Shown here: positions 28,003 to 32,000 of the stretch, piece after piece
How the letters are laid out: each line of letters opens with the position of its first letter
How positions within the stretch are numbered: the stretch's first letter is position 1
Assembly: GCA_003345555.1 (NCBI GenBank)
Contig: PRDJ01000063.1
Coordinates: 11,519-43,518, forward strand
DNA: 32,000 bases
Source: Candidatus Thorarchaeota archaeon
GTDB lineage: Archaea > Asgardarchaeota > Thorarchaeia > Thorarchaeales > Thorarchaeaceae
Direction: 5' to 3'
Translations under genes and position numbers: made by a program
Notes under the pieces: generated by a model
Database searches by the model: none
What the model was told of the DNA's origin: nothing
Seen by the model: only the letters and a program-made list of their open reading frames with translations

Positions 28003-28448
28003 GGAGAGATTTCTTGCCCCGGTTCAAACTCTCAATGGAAGACATGGGACTTATAGCCACATTCGAGAGCATCACTGGCGTGTCTGCCGTAGATGTTGTC
28101 CGTGATGACGAAAGCGAACGTCTGATCTTTGTCGTTCGCCCAAAACAGCTTGGCAAAGCAATCGGACGGGACGGAATTAGGGTCAGGACCGCGGCCGATA
28201 CCTTTGGTCGGCCTATAGATGTTGTAGAAATGGCTGACTCTGCTGAAGATTTCGTGAAGAGTGCACTTGCTCCAGCTCGGGTTGAGCACGTGAAGATAGT
28301 TGAACACAAGGATGGAAGCCTTGTCGCAAGCGTGACTGTCAAGGCAGAAGACCGAGGAATAGCAATAGGTCGGGATGGCAAAAACGTCGCTCGCGCGAGG
28401 ATACTTGCCCGACGCCATTTCGATGTGGACAATGTTGTGATAGCCTGA
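27999..28448 (+). CDS. nusA: Archaeal NusA-like transcription termination factor (2 KH)
   Basis: FESITG, two GxxG loops (AIGRDG twice) and canonical position after L30e. Confidence 0.95.
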   Translation: MRRDFLPRFKLSMEDMGLIATFESITGVSAVDVVRDDESERLIFVVRPKQLGKAIGRDGIRVRTAADTFGRPIDVVEMADSAEDFVKSALAPARVEHVKIVEHKDGSLVASVTVKAEDRGIAIGRDGKNVARARILARRHFDVDNVVIA

Positions 28449-28514
28449 GCGTAGTCTGGCAGTGGGCCTTTCTTGCACTCTCTTGCCAACAGCCTACCTA
28501 AGCCTGTTCATAAG

Positions 28515-28524
28515 CCTTTTAAGG
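28515..28524 (+). promoter_or_regulatory. Probable TATA box for rps12-rps7
   Basis: CCTTTTAAGG preceded by purine-rich ATAAG in a 153-bp intergenic region. Confidence 0.5.
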
Positions 28525-28601
28525 AAACACTCGGCGGGTGGTCTGAATCCGGTCAGGACGGACTGTCTATGTCTTGTTCCTGATAGTATGAGGTAGACAA
28601 C

Positions 28602-29045
28602 TTGACTCACTCCAAATCCCCACTCGGTGAGTTTGCCGCAAGGCCTCTCAAGGCTAAGCGAAAGCGATTCCAGTGGAAGAAGTCCGCATACAAGTCCATG
28701 GTGCTGAAGCTAAAGGAGAAAACCGACCCACTAGAAGGTGCTCCTCAGGCGCGCGGCATCGTCCTTGAGAAAGTTGGCGTTGAGTGTAAGCAACCTAATT
28801 CGGGGATAAGGAAAGCAGTGAGAGTTCAGCTCTCCAAGAATGGAAAGCAGATCACGGCGTTCATACCTGGTGATGGCGGTTTGAAGTTTATCGACGAGCA
28901 CGATGCAGTCGTTGTCGAAGGCATAGGTGGTGCTATGGGTGGAGCGTTTGGAGACCTGCCGGGTGTGCGATGGCGCGTGGTCAAGGTCAACGGAGTCTGT
29001 CTTGAATCACTCATCTATGGCAGAGTGGAGAAGCCAATACGCTAG
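28602..29045 (+). CDS. rps12: 30S ribosomal protein uS12
   Basis: [40 protein letters not shown] and [11 protein letters not shown] start after GAGGT. Confidence 0.98.
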   Translation: MTHSKSPLGEFAARPLKAKRKRFQWKKSAYKSMVLKLKEKTDPLEGAPQARGIVLEKVGVECKQPNSGIRKAVRVQLSKNGKQITAFIPGDGGLKFIDEHDAVVVEGIGGAMGGAFGDLPGVRWRVVKVNGVCLESLIYGRVEKPIR

Positions 29046-29054
29046 GTGGTAGCG

Positions 29055-29711
29055 ATGACAGAAGAGGAGAAAACTGAGCAAACACCAGCCCCTGAGGCTC
29101 CAGTCCCACGTACCGTTCCCAGATTGCTGCTATTCGGCAGATGGGATTCAACCGAAGTCCAGGTCAAGGATGTCGGGCTTCAGAGATACATAACGCTGAA
29201 GCCGGTCTTGATACCGCATACGTCGGGCCGGCATGCGGGCAAACGATTCCATAAGTCGACCGTGCCTATTGTTGAAAGGTTCGTGAACAAGGTTCTCAAC
29301 GCGGGAGATCGGCATGAGAAGAAGACACGAACTGGCAAGAATGCTGGCAAGAAAGTCAGAGCAATCGGTTTCGTCCGTCGTGTGTTTGAGATGATTGACT
29401 TCAGGACCGGAATGAATCCGATACAGGTGTTGGTTACCGCAGTGGAGAACGCAGCTCCTGCTGAAGAGACCACTCGTATCTCATATGGTGGTATGGCCTA
29501 TCCTCGTTCTGTCGATATTGGCCCGCAACGAAGAGTGGACCTTGCGTTGAGGCATATCATGGTTGGAGCTGTTAGGGCATCACACAACAGTGCAAAGTCA
29601 CTCGAAGAATGTATCGTTGACGAAATCCTACTTGCTTACAAAGGCGATGCCGGAAGCTTCGCAGTTGCAAGGAAGGAAGAGCGCGAGAGAATAGCACGAT
29701 CCGCAAGGTAG
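29055..29711 (+). CDS. rps7: 30S ribosomal protein uS7
   Basis: LFGRWD, PHTSGRHA.KRF.KS.VPIVER, NPIQVLV.AVENAAP.EETTRI and ERIARSAR. ATG 29055 follows AGGTGG; GTG 29046 is an alternative start. Confidence 0.98.
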   Translation: MTEEEKTEQTPAPEAPVPRTVPRLLLFGRWDSTEVQVKDVGLQRYITLKPVLIPHTSGRHAGKRFHKSTVPIVERFVNKVLNAGDRHEKKTRTGKNAGKKVRAIGFVRRVFEMIDFRTGMNPIQVLVTAVENAAPAEETTRISYGGMAYPRSVDIGPQRRVDLALRHIMVGAVRASHNSAKSLEECIVDEILLAYKGDAGSFAVARKEERERIARSAR

Positions 29712-29849
29712 GGGAAACCAGTCTTCAACTTTGCTGTGCGCGGCAACTCCTAGGGCTGTATTTCCGAACAGAAGTGCAAACGTTTTCAGAGCCCCGACCT
29801 GCAGTGCCGTATGGCGTGGATTCTTGTCTCACGAGAGGCGATTCATCAG

Positions 29850-30356
29850 TTGACGGCACCGATAGCGAGAGTAAGGAAGTACGAGTCCGAAGACGAGCAT
29901 CAGGTCGTTCGGCTCATTGCTGAGTTCAGAATAGCGCTGGATACTCTGAAGCAGTCAGGTGTTCTCCCGAACGATGATTCAGCAAGACAGGAACTGCACG
30001 AATACCTAGGTAAGGGATTTCCAATTCTCGTGGCGATAGATGATAAGAAGAAGATTCTTGGCTATGTAGTGTGTCGGGTTGACGAAGATGTGGTTTGGGC
30101 CGAGTCACTATTCGTATCTCCGCGCGCTCGAAGGAGGGGGATAGGCTCGCTATTGTACTCTGAAGCGGAACATCTAGTAGAGTCGTTAGGCGGGGGCACG
30201 GTTTACAATTGGGTTCATCCGAATAACAACGTCATCATCTCGTTCCTTCGAAAGCGGGGCTATTGTGTGCTCAATCTGGTCGAGATTCGCAGACCCAGAA
30301 AAGGTGAGAGACTAACAACCAAGGTCCAAGTTGGCGAGTACGAATTCGACTACTGA
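29850..30356 (+). CDS. GNAT family N-acetyltransferase
   Basis: Acetyl-CoA motif A (LFVSPRARRRGIGSLL) and motif B (VHPNN....FLRKRGY). Probable TTG 29850; the ORF is open from ATG 29811. Confidence 0.9.
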   Translation: MTAPIARVRKYESEDEHQVVRLIAEFRIALDTLKQSGVLPNDDSARQELHEYLGKGFPILVAIDDKKKILGYVVCRVDEDVVWAESLFVSPRARRRGIGSLLYSEAEHLVESLGGGTVYNWVHPNNNVIISFLRKRGYCVLNLVEIRRPRKGERLTTKVQVGEYEFDY

Positions 30357-30370
30357 TTGATTCCGTAAGC

Positions 30371-30376
30371 TTTAAA
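30371..30376 (+). promoter_or_regulatory. Probable TATA box for EF-1alpha
   Basis: TTTAAA preceded by TAAGC, about 55 nt upstream of TTG 30432. SD-like GAGGT lies at 30420..30424. Confidence 0.55.
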
Positions 30377-30431
30377 GACACACCAGCCCTTTCGCGCTTA
30401 GTTTAACCTAGTCTGAGTTGAGGTTAGCACA

Positions 30432-31868
30432 TTGAGTAAAAAAGAAGCAAAGCCCGCAGCGGAAAAGGCAAAGCCCGCAGCGGAAAAGGCAAAGCCTGCA
30501 GCCGAAAAGAAGGCTGGAGCAGCACCCGCACCGGCGGCCGCTCCTGCTGCAGCGGGTAAAGAAAAGGGAAAGGAGCACCTCAACCTCGTCGTGATTGGAC
30601 ACATAGATCACGGGAAGAGCACACTCACTGGGCGACTTCTCTACGAGGCCGGTGCCCTTGACGAGAGGACAGTCGCAGCCAACAAGGCCGAAGCGGAACG
30701 CCTTGGTCGTCCTGAACAGGCGTGGGCCTTCGCACTGGACCGTCTAAAGGAAGAGCGAGAGCGTGGCATCACTATTGATATCGCGTTCTTCAAATTCATG
30801 ACACCAAAGTACTACTACACAGTCATTGACGCACCGGGCCACAGGGACTTCGTCAAGAACATGATAACAGGCGCATCGCAAGCGGATGTCGCCATGCTGG
30901 TCGTGTCTGCCAAGACTGGTGAGTTCGAGGCAGGCGTTGGTGTCGGCGGTCAGACCAAAGAACATGCATATCTTGCAATGACACTGGGTGTTCCTAGTCT
31001 TATTGTCTGCATCAACAAGATGGATGAAGTCAAGTACAGTGAAGCTCGATACAAGGAAGTTAAGGAAGAAGTCGGTGGCTTCCTTAAGAGCATTGGCTAC
31101 AAGATTGAACAAGTCCCGTTCATTCCAACATCTGCACTAGAGGCTGTCAATCTGAAGGCTAAGACCCCTGCCAAGACCCCATGGTACACTGGACCATGCT
31201 TACTTGAGGCTCTCGACGCCGTAACACCTCCACCAAAGCCTCTCGACAAGCCATTGCGAGTGCCAATCAACGACGTTTACTCGATCAAGGGAGTTGGCAC
31301 AGTACCAGTGGGTCGTGTCGAGACCGGTGTGATGAAGCCTGGGCAGAAGATTACCTTCATGCCTGCCAACAAGTCTGGTGAAGTGAAGTCAATTGAGATG
31401 CACCACGAGCAGCTGACCCAGGCGGTACCTGGTGACAACATCGGGTTCAACGTCCGAGGCATCGAACGGAAGGACCTGACTCGAGGAGATGTTGCCGGAC
31501 CAGCCGAGAAGCCACCTACAGTCGCACAGGACTTTCAAGGCCAAGTGATGGTCATCCAGCATCCGACAGCTATCACGGTGGGTTACACCCCAGTCGTGCA
31601 TGCTCACACAGCCCAAGTAGCCTGCAGATTTGACCAGATCACCAAGAAGATAGACCAGCGTACAGGACAGGTCATTCAGGAGAACCCCGAATTCGTGAAG
31701 AGGGGTGAGAGTATGATTGCTAAGCTCGTGCCACTCAAGCCCTTGGCAATCGAGAAGTACAAGGATCTCCCGCAGCTGGGAAGATTCGCAGTGCGTGACA
31801 TGGGCATAACGGTGGCTGTCGGAATCGTTCTCGACATCACCCCAAGAGACATGAGCACTGTCAAGTAG
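30432..31868 (+). CDS. tuf: Translation elongation factor aEF-1alpha with N-terminal Ala/Lys/Pro extension
   Basis: [54 protein letters not shown] and GRFAVRDMG. Confidence 0.98.
   Translation: MSKKEAKPAAEKAKPAAEKAKPAAEKKAGAAPAPAAAPAAAGKEKGKEHLNLVVIGHIDHGKSTLTGRLLYEAGALDERTVAANKAEAERLGRPEQAWAFALDRLKEERERGITIDIAFFKFMTPKYYYTVIDAPGHRDFVKNMITGASQADVAMLVVSAKTGEFEAGVGVGGQTKEHAYLAMTLGVPSLIVCINKMDEVKYSEARYKEVKEEVGGFLKSIGYKIEQVPFIPTSALEAVNLKAKTPAKTPWYTGPCLLEALDAVTPPPKPLDKPLRVPINDVYSIKGVGTVPVGRVETGVMKPGQKITFMPANKSGEVKSIEMHHEQLTQAVPGDNIGFNVRGIERKDLTRGDVAGPAEKPPTVAQDFQGQVMVIQHPTAITVGYTPVVHAHTAQVACRFDQITKKIDQRTGQVIQENPEFVKRGESMIAKLVPLKPLAIEKYKDLPQLGRFAVRDMGITVAVGIVLDITPRDMSTVK
30447..30509 (+). repeat. 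Three tandem 21-bp coding units (AKPAAEK x3)
   Basis: GCAAAGCCCGCAGCGGAAAAG occurs twice identically; the third copy has two synonymous changes. Confidence 0.97.
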
Positions 31869-31885
31869 TCGAACAACAGTTGAAT

Positions 31886-31923
31886 GAACCGGGCCGCACG
31901 GCCCGTGTTCTTTTCTCTCTTTT
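31886..31923 (+). terminator. GC-rich hairpin plus pyrimidine/U tract after tuf
   Basis: GAAC-CGGGCC[GCAC]GGCCCG-(T)-GTTC followed by TTTTCTCTCTTTT. Confidence 0.75.
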
Positions 31924-32000
31924 GCAGTCATCTTCACTGATTCAAATCACAGCATGAATAGCCTCAGACGCAAGACTGATTATCATGTGTCAATATCAAA

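Noticed and set aside
31954-32000. ORF start ATG 31954 open to the window end (MNSLRRKTDYHVSIS)
   Set aside because: Only 15 codons are visible, it does not resemble uS10, and no SD is evident.

Overview
32-kb archaeal core-genome window. The unsplit RpoB, split RpoA'/A'', L30e, archaeal NusA, uS12, uS7 and aEF-1alpha indicate a TACK/Asgard-type archaeon. An Asgard (Thorarchaeia-like) origin is my impression and cannot be proven without a search. The left two-thirds holds mixed housekeeping and accessory genes: a LURP-one/scramblase-like protein, a membrane-anchored GGPPS-repeat protein, rpiA, a PIN-ATPase (PINA) coupled to a non-catalytic tRNA-splicing endonuclease subunit, hycI, mtnA, a QW-repeat barrel protein, DUF6485, a kinase-like protein, a four-gene ECF importer operon, an orphan DUF1156/COG1743 DNA adenine methyltransferase, an SDR and an SIS protein. 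The right third is the rpoB-A1-A2-L30e-nusA-S12-S7-(GNAT)-EF-1alpha cluster. There are six tRNA genes, all with encoded CCA. Four carry 29-36 nt BHB-type introns, three at non-canonical positions (D-loop, 56/57, 59/60). The most interesting items are: (1) the ECF operon, in which both a secreted metallophosphoesterase and the S component carry a Cys-less sulfite-oxidase/molybdopterin-binding-like domain, preceded by a perfect 13-bp palindrome; (2) the non-canonical tRNA introns next to a structural splicing-endonuclease subunit; (3) EF-1alpha with an obligatory ~45-aa Ala/Lys/Pro repeat N-terminal extension; (4) the TM + GGPPS + C-terminal helix protein. All family calls come from motif recognition by eye; no database searches were run.
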